A stretch of DNA of 64,000 nt from Candidatus Latescibacterota bacterium (GTDB lineage Bacteria > Latescibacterota > UBA2968 > UBA8231), in the NCBI GenBank assembly GCA_965215195.1, contig CBDCDC010000002.1, positions 4,608,001 through 4,672,000 on the forward strand. The letters are read 5' to 3'. Both the position numbers and the translations under genes were made by a program. The notes under the pieces are model-generated. The model worked only from the letters and a program-made list of their open reading frames with translations. It was not told the DNA's origin and ran no database searches. Every line of letters starts with the position of its first letter. Position 1 is the first letter of the stretch. This document shows, one piece after another, positions 27,709 to 36,358 of this stretch.

Positions 27709-28761
27709 TCACTCGGCAGTCATCTCATCCAACAGGCGCGTGAACTCGGCCAGCTCCGCCACCTGTATGGCGGCGCGTAGCAAGGCTTGGAGTTGCTCCA
27801 CCTGTTCAATACCGGCCAAGCACCCCGACAACGCCTTAGCCGCATCCGCATCAAACCGAATCGCCAAGGCTTCTTGGATACTTTGCCGAAGCCCCTGCTC
27901 ACGCCCTTGCTCTAGCCCCTGCTCCAGTCCTTGCTCCAGTCCTTGCTCCAGTCCTTGCTCCAGTCCTTGCTCCAGTCCTTGCTCCAGTCCTTGCTCTAGC
28001 CCCTGTTCCAGCCCTTGCTCCAGCCCTTGCTCTAGCCCCTGTTCCAGCCCCTGTTCCAGCCCTTGCTTCAGCCCCTGCTTCAGTGCTCGCTTGCGCAGAG
28101 ATTCAAGTAACGGAAACTCAGTCATGATCTCCTCCGATATAAGAGAAAAAACGGTTGATTCCTCGCACACCAACGAACTCAACATCCCCATGTGTGCCAA
28201 CATACTATGCTTAACGGCACGAGATACAGCTAACTCCTCGGTCGTCTCCACACACCGACGCAACCACGCATCCACATCCATCCCTTCAGGACGCCCCATC
28301 AGCGGCGTAAACGGCAATACTCCTACATTGCCCGACGACAAATGCGCCATCCCATCCAACGCAATCAAACGGATCACCTTATAGCGCAGCACCACTTCAA
28401 AGCCCGCATGCTCTTGAATGTAATGCCCCGGATCGCGCCGCCCGGCCTCGGGACGCAGGTAGATCACGTAGGAAAACAGGGGCAAGCCGTACTCGGCAAT
28501 GCAGTGTCCCATATAGCCGGCCATGCGGCGCGGCATGGGCACGGCCGTGCTATCGGTAGTTTGAAACTCGCAATGCACTAACGCTTTCTCACCTTGGATT
28601 TGCACGTGCAGTAGGCTGTCCATCACCTGCATCTCGACGGTGGGTTGCTCCGGGTTGAGCATATCCAGTAGCTGCACCTGTGAATGCCCCAGCAGGAAGG
28701 TCAGAAAGCCCTGCGGATGAGTGCTGAGCAGGGATTTGGAAACGCTGTCAAATTCGGCCAT
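27709..28761 (-). CDS. Rpn/YhgA-like PD-(D/E)XK nuclease (putative transposase) family protein
   Basis: CAGGAG RBS, start MAEFDSVSK; DSLL..VHCEFQT..MPRRMAGY, VIYL; EQGL repeats; C-terminal DUF4351-like helix. Confidence 0.85.
   Translation of the reverse strand: MAEFDSVSKSLLSTHPQGFLTFLLGHSQVQLLDMLNPEQPTVEMQVMDSLLHVQIQGEKALVHCEFQTTDSTAVPMPRRMAGYMGHCIAEYGLPLFSYVIYLRPEAGRRDPGHYIQEHAGFEVVLRYKVIRLIALDGMAHLSSGNVGVLPFTPLMGRPEGMDVDAWLRRCVETTEELAVSRAVKHSMLAHMGMLSSLVCEESTVFSLISEEIMTEFPLLESLRKRALKQGLKQGLEQGLEQGLEQGLEQGLEQGLEQGLEQGLEQGLEQGLEQGLEQGLEQGLEQGREQGLRQSIQEALAIRFDADAAKALSGCLAGIEQVEQLQALLRAAIQVAELAEFTRLLDEMTAE
27889..28080 (-). repeat. 16 x 12-bp coding tandem repeat (E/K)QG(L/R)
   Basis: Units such as CCTTGCTCCAGT repeated across 192 bp. 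Confidence 0.95.
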
Positions 28762-28777
28762 CGGTCCGTTCTCCTGA

Positions 28778-28854
28778 GAAGCGTTCTTAAAACTCGCGTC
28801 GGGCGACAGGTGTATTCGTGGCCGCGGACCACGGCGAAATTTTAAGACGGCTTC
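28778..28854. mobile_element. 77-bp miniature inverted-repeat element
   Basis: GAAGCGTTCTTAAAA ... TTTTAAGACGGCTTC terminal inverted repeats (13/15). Confidence 0.5.
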
Positions 28855-28972
28855 CTTGAGTACCCGACCGTAGGCCAACGGTGCGGTCGCGCCTAAAACG
28901 GGTGGCGCGAGGCAGCATCCCTTCGGCTTTGCTCAGGACAGGCTCATACCGCTGCTACTGTCGTGTACTAAG
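28855..28972. mobile_element. MITE-like element sharing TIRs with 44401/49157 but with a different interior
   Basis: Left AGTACCCGACC, right TGTCGTGTACTAAG; interior has a REP-like CCCTTCGGCTTTGCTCAGGACAGG. Confidence 0.5.
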
Positions 28973-29053
28973 GATGGCTTCTAAGGAGTGGACGCGATGT
29001 AGAGAAATATATCCGATTGGCATACCAAGACAAAGGGCATAACCTGACGATTT

Positions 29054-29950
29054 TTAATCGCCATCCCGCCGCTCCTCGCGGAAGAGCACGCGGATGAAGA
29101 CGATGCTCATAGCCAGCAAAAAGAGCAGCAGAATGAGTGCCGCGGCCGCACCCTTGCCGAGCCGCAGGTGCTCGAAGGCGATGCGATACACCGTAATGGG
29201 TACTACCTGCGTGGCCTTAGCTGGGCCGCCCTCAGTCATTATGAAAATCAGCGCAAAGTCGTTGACCATCCAGATGGTGGCGAAGAGAAAGACCACTCCG
29301 ATCACGTGTTTGAGCTGCGGCAGAGTAACGTGGAAGAAGCGCTCGAACACATTGGCTCCATCGACGTGCGCGGCCTCGTATAGCTCGGCGGAAACCCCCT
29401 GCAAACCGGCCAGCAGCATGATGGTGATATAGGGCATGAAGCGCCAAACATTGGCCACCACCACCGCGCCGAGGGCCGCGTCTGGCTGCGCCAGCCAAGG
29501 GACATTGGCGTCGATGAAGCCGAGGCTCAGGAGCGTATGATTGACCAGCCCGAAGCTGTCGTGGAAGAGCCAGCGCCACATATAGCCGGTTACGACCGGG
29601 GCGATGGCCCAAGGGATGAGCAAAAAGCCGGTAAAGACCGGCCGATACTTGCGGATCTCGTTAAAAATCAACGCCATCCCCAAGCCCAAGGCGAAGGCCA
29701 CCGGCAAGGAGTAGAGCGTAAAGCGCACCGAACTCCAGATGCTGTTGACAAAGGTGCGGCTGCCGAGGAGCTTGGCGTAGTGGGTCAGGCCGATGAATTC
29801 GTCGCCGGCCCCGCGGAAGAGCTTCACCTTGTACAGGCTCATCACGAGATTGCTGAACACCGGGTAGAGGATGACCACCACCAAGACCAGCATGGCCGGC
29901 AACAAGAAATAGTACGGCGTCAGATGTTTGCGCCGCGCACTAGTAATCAC
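29054..29950 (-). CDS. Carbohydrate ABC transporter permease (MalF-like)
   Basis: LAGLQGVSAELYEAAHVDGA EAA motif, MTEGGPAKAT; six TMs. Confidence 0.95.
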   Translation of the reverse strand: MITSARRKHLTPYYFLLPAMLVLVVVILYPVFSNLVMSLYKVKLFRGAGDEFIGLTHYAKLLGSRTFVNSIWSSVRFTLYSLPVAFALGLGMALIFNEIRKYRPVFTGFLLIPWAIAPVVTGYMWRWLFHDSFGLVNHTLLSLGFIDANVPWLAQPDAALGAVVVANVWRFMPYITIMLLAGLQGVSAELYEAAHVDGANVFERFFHVTLPQLKHVIGVVFLFATIWMVNDFALIFIMTEGGPAKATQVVPITVYRIAFEHLRLGKGAAAALILLLFLLAMSIVFIRVLFREERRDGD

Positions 29951-31208
29951 TCAACACCTCATCTACTTCTTCGGCCGCAAAGTCCAGCGCCTCTTTGGGG
30001 CTTAGCGAGCCGGTCAGCGCCATATTGACCGCGTCGGCAATGTGCCGCTGGATCTGGGTGATGGCCGGATGCCCGGGCCAGCCCAACCCATTGGCCCCGG
30101 CTAGGGCGAGCTGGTCCAAGTTGATGTAATCGGACTGCACGCCCTCGGCATAGGCCGCCTTCAGCGTGGGAATGCCGCCCATGGTCGGGTTGGGGTTGCG
30201 CCAGACTGGATGGTCCAAGTCCAGTGCCTTGACCACTTCCCAAGCTTCATTGGGAACTTTGGTATAGCCCGTTATGGCAATCATAATTACGTCGAGCAAT
30301 GTCCGCGATTCGTGCGGCCCGATGTGCTCGGTGGGCGCGGGAACCTGCGCCAGCGCCAGATTGTTCAGATCGAAGTCGTAGTTGCCGTGGACGATATCCT
30401 GCCACCACGGCCCCTCTATCGACAGCGCGGCCTTGCCCGTCGACCAGTGCGCGGCGTTCTCGTCAAAGCGATAGGCCGCGCTGCCGGCTGGCAAATAGCC
30501 CTTGTTTTTCATTTCCACTAAAAACTCCAGCGCGGCCTGCCCGGCCGGGCCGTTAAAGGCAGCGGCCGACCAATCCTCGTTAAAGACGCGCCCGCCCGCT
30601 TTGTACAGCAGCGGCAAGAAGCGGTAGGCCGTGTCCAGATTGACGCCCCCGGGCATGGTAAAAGGCTCGATCCCGGTGCCGGCGAATTCCGGGCCGAGTG
30701 CCAGCATCTCATCCCAAGTTTTGGGAACTTCGAGCCCCATCCGCGCCATGATTTCGGTGTTGACCGCCAGCACAAAGGGCAGCATGGTCACCGGCAAGCC
30801 GTAGTGCTTGCCGTCGTATTCGACCAGTTCCCAAACATTGTCGAGGATGCGCTCCTTGACTTGGGAAAAATCGGGAAAGTTCTCCAGCGCGTACAATCCC
30901 CCCAACTCGCCAAATTCCACCGAGTACTTGTGATGCACCCGCACGATATCCGGCCCGTCGCCGACGATGGTAGTGCTGATTAGGCTCTCGCGCTGCGTGG
31001 CCCAGTCGCGGAACTCCAGCTCGATTTGGATGTCGTTGCGAGAGGCGTTGAAGTCCAACACGGCCTGCTGCACCCATGCGCGTAGGCCCGGCACCCCGCC
31101 GAATTCCCACAACACTACCGGGGTCGGCTCGCCGGGACGCGGGTGGTCGTCGCCCCCGCAGGCGATCAGGCCGACAAGGAGTGGAAATAGTATTCGTTGC
31201 AAGTGCAT
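29940..31208 (-). CDS. Sugar ABC transporter substrate-binding lipoprotein
   Basis: Lipobox LIAC; GDGPDI, YDGKHYGLP, GKAALSIEGPW, SPKEALD. Confidence 0.92.
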   Translation of the reverse strand: MHLQRILFPLLVGLIACGGDDHPRPGEPTPVVLWEFGGVPGLRAWVQQAVLDFNASRNDIQIELEFRDWATQRESLISTTIVGDGPDIVRVHHKYSVEFGELGGLYALENFPDFSQVKERILDNVWELVEYDGKHYGLPVTMLPFVLAVNTEIMARMGLEVPKTWDEMLALGPEFAGTGIEPFTMPGGVNLDTAYRFLPLLYKAGGRVFNEDWSAAAFNGPAGQAALEFLVEMKNKGYLPAGSAAYRFDENAAHWSTGKAALSIEGPWWQDIVHGNYDFDLNNLALAQVPAPTEHIGPHESRTLLDVIMIAITGYTKVPNEAWEVVKALDLDHPVWRNPNPTMGGIPTLKAAYAEGVQSDYINLDQLALAGANGLGWPGHPAITQIQRHIADAVNMALTGSLSPKEALDFAAEEVDEVLSDY

Positions 31209-31339
31209 AACCTATAGCAACCCTACATCATTCAAGACTGGATGTCACGCCTAAAGGCGCGGTGAAGCCCGCTTGCGCGGGAATGACGTATAGGTAAAAG
31301 AGACCGTGCCGATGAACGCATGCTTTCAAATCATTTAGG

Positions 31340-31353
31340 ACTGTTATAACAGT
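31340..31353. promoter_or_regulatory. Perfect 14-bp palindrome, candidate operator in the divergent promoter region
   Basis: ACTGTTATAACAGT between ABC operon and epimerase. Confidence 0.4.
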
Positions 31354-31476
31354 TTATTTTTACGCCGATTTATAGTAGCCAAAGCACCAATGGCCCACAA
31401 TACAGGCCGCGCCCGCTGGACACCTCTAACCGTATTCCTTACTAATGAGAGCCAACACTTACACCCCAATAGGCTT

Positions 31477-32223
31477 ATGCAAAATATCCTCATCACCGGC
31501 GCGAGCGGCCTAATCGGCACGGCCGCGGTCGCCCGCCTCGGTAAGCACTACAATCTGCGCGCCCTCAACCGCCGCCCACTCCCAAACCTCGACTGCCACC
31601 AAGCCGACATCGCCGATCTCGACGCCATCCGGCCGGCCTTTGCCGGGATCGACGCGGTCGTCCACTTAGCCGCCCAGATTGAAAACGATATAGCGGCGAT
31701 CTTCCGCGCCAACTTGCAGGGCACGGGGAATGTCTTGGCCGCGGCTCGCGCGGCCGGGGTGCGCCGCGTTCTCTTCGCCAGCAGTGGTTCGGTCATGGGC
31801 GGCTACGCCGTGCTCTCGCCCTACAAGGAGCTTTTGGCCGGCGAGTACGACCAAGTGCCCGCCACGTGGCCGATGCTGACCGCGCAATCGCCCCTGCGGC
31901 CCACGGGCCTGTACGCGGCCAGCAAGGTGTGGGGCGAAGAGTTGGGCCGCGAGTACGCTGCGGCCTATGGCATGTCCGTCCTCTGCCTGCGCTTTGGCCG
32001 CGTCAACCCGGAAAACCGCCCAACCCATTCCCGCGAATTCTGCGTCTGGTGCAGCCAGCGCGACGCCGCGCAGATGATCGAAAAGTGCCTTGCCGCCCCC
32101 CTCGACTTGCCCTTCGACACCTTCTTCGTCAACTCGGACAACAAATGGGGTTACCGCGACTTGCAACACGCTCGCCACGCGGTGGGCTTTGTGCCCGCGG
32201 ACCGAGCCGAAGACTACCGCTGA
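31477..32223 (+). CDS. NAD-dependent epimerase/dehydratase (uronate dehydrogenase-like)
   Basis: ILITGASGLIG, VVHLAA, FASS, YAASK. Confidence 0.9.
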   Translation: MQNILITGASGLIGTAAVARLGKHYNLRALNRRPLPNLDCHQADIADLDAIRPAFAGIDAVVHLAAQIENDIAAIFRANLQGTGNVLAAARAAGVRRVLFASSGSVMGGYAVLSPYKELLAGEYDQVPATWPMLTAQSPLRPTGLYAASKVWGEELGREYAAAYGMSVLCLRFGRVNPENRPTHSREFCVWCSQRDAAQMIEKCLAAPLDLPFDTFFVNSDNKWGYRDLQHARHAVGFVPADRAEDYR

Positions 32224-32234
32224 GGAGAAAACCC

Positions 32235-33050
32235 ATGCTGCTTTTGTGCGCGATTTTGCTCGCCGCCTCGGCCGCGTGCGCGGACGTGAACATCAACGCC
32301 CCCTTGTTGGAGGCGGCCCCGACCATTGACGGCGACCTCGCCGAGTGGAAGGACCGCGCCCACAACGACGGCGTCTGGGACATGCGCCGCATCAGCGAGG
32401 CCAGCTTCTACCGCCTCGATCGCGGCGCCCGCAACCGCCTCACTGACCACGGCCACGAGCCGCCCCTCGAAGACGACTTGAGGGCCCGCTATTACATTGC
32501 TTGGGACGCGCAAAATTTCTACTTCGGGGCCGAGGTGTGGGACAATGTCAACGACCTCGACGACCCGGAGCCGGCGGACAAGCGCTGGTATTTTAAGGAT
32601 GCGATTTGCTGGTTTATGGAAGGCCCGCGCGACCGGGCCAACGAGCGCTTTGGCCAAGGCGACAATGCCTTCTGCTTTGTGGCCGACCCGCAGCGCACCC
32701 CGCAAAACGCTTGGTGGAGGCACGGCGCACCCGGCCAGAGCTACGTGGAAGAGCCGATCCCCGAGGCCGCTTGCGACTACGTCGTGCGCCTAGATCCTTG
32801 GGGCCGGAGCGCGGCCGATTTCATCTTGGAAGCTCGCGTCGAGATGGCGCCGACGTTTGGCCAGAGCGACCCCCGCTGGCAGCCGCCGCAAGTGGGGGAC
32901 GAATACAGCATGGAAATCGTCCACACCGACCCGGATGGCGGCGCGTACGGCGGGCACTTCATGATCTACGGCAATGGCGATGACGACAACACGTGGGGGC
33001 GGATGATCTTGGTCGGTCCGCGGACGCCGATTGGGCGGCTCGCCGAGTAG
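32235..33050 (+). CDS. Secreted CBM9/DOMON-like sugar-binding protein
   Basis: GAGGAG RBS; signal peptide; APTIDGDLAEW, YIAWDAQNFYFGAEVWD. Confidence 0.7.
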   Translation: MLLLCAILLAASAACADVNINAPLLEAAPTIDGDLAEWKDRAHNDGVWDMRRISEASFYRLDRGARNRLTDHGHEPPLEDDLRARYYIAWDAQNFYFGAEVWDNVNDLDDPEPADKRWYFKDAICWFMEGPRDRANERFGQGDNAFCFVADPQRTPQNAWWRHGAPGQSYVEEPIPEAACDYVVRLDPWGRSAADFILEARVEMAPTFGQSDPRWQPPQVGDEYSMEIVHTDPDGGAYGGHFMIYGNGDDDNTWGRMILVGPRTPIGRLAE

Positions 33051-33091
33051 GCCCAATAGATCGTTCACTACACCAGAGAAAGGAGGGTGCT

Positions 33092-33628
33092 ATGCTCAGC
33101 CCCAATCCAGCCGTCAAGTTCACCTACGAGGACTACCAGCACACCCCGGAGGACCAGCGCTACGAGTTATTGGATGGAGAGTTGATTATGGTTCCCGCGC
33201 CCAATCTAGGACATCAGAGAATTGGTATCCGGCTAGGAGCGTTACTCCACAGCTTCGTACAGAAGAGGGGGTTAGGCGAGGTCTTCCACGCGCCCTGCGA
33301 CGTGGTGCTGTCGAATACGGATGTGGTACAGCCGGACCTATTGTTCGTTTCCAATGCTCGAGCGCACCTGCTGCGCGGCGGCGCGAGTGTCCTCGGTGCA
33401 CCGGATTTGGTCGTCGAAATCCTGTCTCCCTCTACTGCCGGGCGGGATCGGACTCTCAAACGCGCCCTGTACGCCGAGCACGGCGTGCAGGAATACTGGT
33501 TGGTCGATCCAGACGCTCGGACGGTGACGGTGCTGCGGCTCGGAGAGGAGGCCATTTACGGCGAGGGGCAAACGATGACCTCGCCCATGCTTGCAGGTTT
33601 CGCCGTTGACTTAAACGAGATTTTCTAG
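33092..33628 (+). CDS. Uma2 family endonuclease
   Basis: AGGAGG RBS; RYELLDGELI, VVQPDLLFV, APDLVVEILSPST, GVQEYWLVDP. Confidence 0.92.
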   Translation: MLSPNPAVKFTYEDYQHTPEDQRYELLDGELIMVPAPNLGHQRIGIRLGALLHSFVQKRGLGEVFHAPCDVVLSNTDVVQPDLLFVSNARAHLLRGGASVLGAPDLVVEILSPSTAGRDRTLKRALYAEHGVQEYWLVDPDARTVTVLRLGEEAIYGEGQTMTSPMLAGFAVDLNEIF

Positions 33629-34152
33629 TGTTTCTGTCCTTGGCAATCGCGGCCCTCATCGCCCTCGCCGGTTGCAAGTCCCATGTGGTCTCCGTGGACG
33701 TTGGTCGAGCGCCGGCGTTCACCGTACCTGCGGCGGATGGGACTTCTGTTTCCCTGGCCGACTTACTCGACGACCGCACGGCCGCGGTCCTGCTGTTTTA
33801 CAGAGGATTCTTCTGAGGTATCTGTAGGAACCAACTAGGTGAGTTGGCAGATATGTATCCCGAGTTTCTAAAGCGAAATGTGTCGCTTGCGGCGATCAGC
33901 ACGGATGACACCACCGACGCCCTGAAAATGGTAGAGCTCACCGGCGCTGAATTCGCCATTCTGTCAGACAAGGACGCCGAGGTAGCCAAGGGCTACGGAG
34001 TGTACAACCTGTTAGGTGACGGCCTCGCGACGCCGTCCGCCTTCATCGTCTCGCCCGAGGGCGACATCAAATGGCAATACGTAGGGAGAAACATCTCCGC
34101 CCGTCCGCCGCCCGATGCAATTTTGGCGCAAATCGATCGCTTGACAGAGTGA
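33628..34152 (+). CDS. Peroxiredoxin-like (AhpC/TSA) lipoprotein; selenoprotein with Sec at TGA 33814-33816
   Basis: ORFs 33628..33816 and 33844..34152 share a frame; read-through gives FYRGFF-U-GICRNQLGEL (UxxC); lipobox LAGC. Confidence 0.85.
33819..33853 (+). promoter_or_regulatory. Bacterial SECIS-like hairpin
   Basis: TATCTG/CAGATA lower stem, CCAACT/AGTTGG upper stem, AGGTG loop 20 nt after the UGA. Confidence 0.72.
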
Positions 34153-34301
34153 ATCGCCCCGCCCGGTTCGCTTGCTCAACACGTCCAGCTCGAGCTGCTT
34201 TGCAAGGCGGTCCAGCGACCTCGGCGTCCGGCGTTTTTCGCGGGCGAGACGCCCTCGATCCCAGCGGCTTGGAGTCAAGGCCGAGAGCGAAACCCTAGTT
34301 T

Positions 34302-36155
34302 TCAGACCGCTTCTAAACGATCTCTTGGCGTATTGAGCACAAAACCGGAGCGCTCGCTATCAGGGACGATGAATTCTTTTTTTGTCAATCGCTCAAAAGC
34401 GTCCATTACTTGGCGGACGTGGTCGGCGAATGTATCGGGGTCTTGCACAGCGCCGAGTTCGTGCCAAAGGGCTAAGATGATCTCTGGGGCCGCCATGGCC
34501 TTGCGGGATGCGAACTTTTCGCATCGCCACATCACATTAAGGCACCTCCGCGACAGGGAATCCAGACCGCTGAGGTCGCCAAATAGTGCTTCCAGTTCTG
34601 TGCGGTAATCCATTTGCATTAGTACGCGATCGGCGACGAAAATGGGCTGCGTCGGTGTGCTGCGCTCGTGTTGGTAGATTAGGCCGGCGCGTTCTAGCAC
34701 TATGAGCTGTTCAAAGTGATTGTTGTCTGGCGTCAGCAGAATGGTGTAGTGATGTTTTTCATTCGCCCATTCCGTCTTCATCAGGTAGGAGAGTACGCGC
34801 GTTTGTTGGGCAGAGAGCGGCCCAGCGAGTTTGCCGGCAATATAGGCGTCAAACGAAGCAAGCCGCGCTTTCATGCGCTTGTCGACTAAAGGACCGGCGT
34901 TGAGAAAGAGGGTTACTTCTTCGCTGTAAATGCGATAGGTCGGCAGGCCGAGCTGATTTTCCAAGCACAGGTTTACCAACGTGGCCATGCCAATGCCCCG
35001 GCCTTCCCATTTCCGATACACCCGCAGCACATCCGCTAGCTTGGGGTTGCGCGCTCGGGCCTCGGGGATGATGCGGCGCAGTGGAATGGCATCTCTTGGA
35101 TGCTCAATGAGCAAGTGCGGGCGGAACGATCCCGGATTGCGAATGGAAATGTGTTGCCCCGGCTTGATGGAAATGATGACTTGCTTGTTGATGGAATAAT
35201 CGCGGTGGGCGAGGGCATTGTTTACTGTTTCGCGCAGCACTTCCTCGGGATATTGCGGCACGGCCGTGCCGCCCTCGGCAATGGAAATGCCGATCTGAAT
35301 GTTGCGCAGGATGTAGGCGAGGCTTTGCTCCATCAGCGGCAGGATGTTGTCGATTAGGTCCTGCTTATCTTGGGCGACTTCTTGCGGCGCATCTACATAG
35401 CCGTGGACGTGGCAGCGGAAGCCGAGTTGGTCGCCTATGTGCTGCCCGCATACTAACATGCCGAGGGTGGTGACGGTTGCGTCCTTGATAAACAGTTTGC
35501 GGGCGAGAAATCCGCGTGCAGCTTCCAGATCCGCCTTGATGGTTTCCACTTTGCCAAGACTGTTGAGCTGTTGGATGTAGCCATTGAGCGCGTCGAGGTT
35601 GAGGTCGGCGAGGGTCGCGCCCGGCACGGGCTGTACTTCGCGGGCGTCCCGCACCTGCTCCTTGTAGTCTTCTTGGCGAGCGATCTCTGCTTCGGTGAGC
35701 TTGTGGTCGCCGGTCAAGACGCGCTTCCACGCCTGTCCATTGTAAAAGACGAACTTGCGGTCGGCGGGTAGTTCATCTACGTAGAGCACGGCCACGCGAC
35801 CATTTTGAAAGTGGCGGATTTGCGGCGGTGGGAAGGCTGCACTCAGGTTGAGCGGCGTTCCGTTTTGGTCCGTAAAGAGGCGGGGGAATTCCTTTAGCTG
35901 TGCCTCGGCGTCCTCTCGGTAGCCGGTGAAGACCCAGTGGCGCTGCGGGCCTTGGCCTTCTTCCTTGAAGCCGAAGAGGAGGAGGCCGCCGCGGGTGTTG
36001 AGAAAGGCGTTGGCAGACTTGTGGCTTTCGCGCCAAGAAGAGGTAGCGGACGGAGTGGGTTTGATCTCCAAGCCATCGTCCTCCACGTCCTCAAAGCGTC
36101 CTGCCGCGATGAGGGCCGCTAGCTTCTTCAGGACCTTGTCTATTCTATCGGGCAT
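34302..36155 (-). CDS. Schlafen/AlbA_2 plus HATPase_c_4 (RecG C-terminal-like) ATP-binding protein
   Basis: LEIK, ANAFLNTRGGLLLFGF; YPEEVLRETVNNALAHRDYS, NPG, RNPKLA, EGRGIGM. Confidence 0.8.
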   Translation of the reverse strand: MPDRIDKVLKKLAALIAAGRFEDVEDDGLEIKPTPSATSSWRESHKSANAFLNTRGGLLLFGFKEEGQGPQRHWVFTGYREDAEAQLKEFPRLFTDQNGTPLNLSAAFPPPQIRHFQNGRVAVLYVDELPADRKFVFYNGQAWKRVLTGDHKLTEAEIARQEDYKEQVRDAREVQPVPGATLADLNLDALNGYIQQLNSLGKVETIKADLEAARGFLARKLFIKDATVTTLGMLVCGQHIGDQLGFRCHVHGYVDAPQEVAQDKQDLIDNILPLMEQSLAYILRNIQIGISIAEGGTAVPQYPEEVLRETVNNALAHRDYSINKQVIISIKPGQHISIRNPGSFRPHLLIEHPRDAIPLRRIIPEARARNPKLADVLRVYRKWEGRGIGMATLVNLCLENQLGLPTYRIYSEEVTLFLNAGPLVDKRMKARLASFDAYIAGKLAGPLSAQQTRVLSYLMKTEWANEKHHYTILLTPDNNHFEQLIVLERAGLIYQHERSTPTQPIFVADRVLMQMDYRTELEALFGDLSGLDSLSRRCLNVMWRCEKFASRKAMAAPEIILALWHELGAVQDPDTFADHVRQVMDAFERLTKKEFIVPDSERSGFVLNTPRDRLEAV

Positions 36156-36358
36156 TTTTGCAAGTTGCGGCAATGGATAGTGGGTGGCGCTGCGGCACAG
36201 GGCTGCAGCGGGCCTGTAAAGATAACGGGATGTTGAAGAATAATCGAATTTTACCCTCTTCGGGCAGAATGTCGCGCCCGCAACGCCATCCTCGACAGAC
36301 CGCCCCCGCAAAGCGATATTAAACGCGGCACATCTTCTTTTTAATAAGGAGCAATACA

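Noticed and set aside
27889-28080. Possible CRISPR array, or the Cys/Ser/Pro-rich ORF 27647..28384 (+)
   Set aside because: The 12-bp units have no spacers and encode EQGL in Rpn; the SSPC ORF is its antisense shadow.
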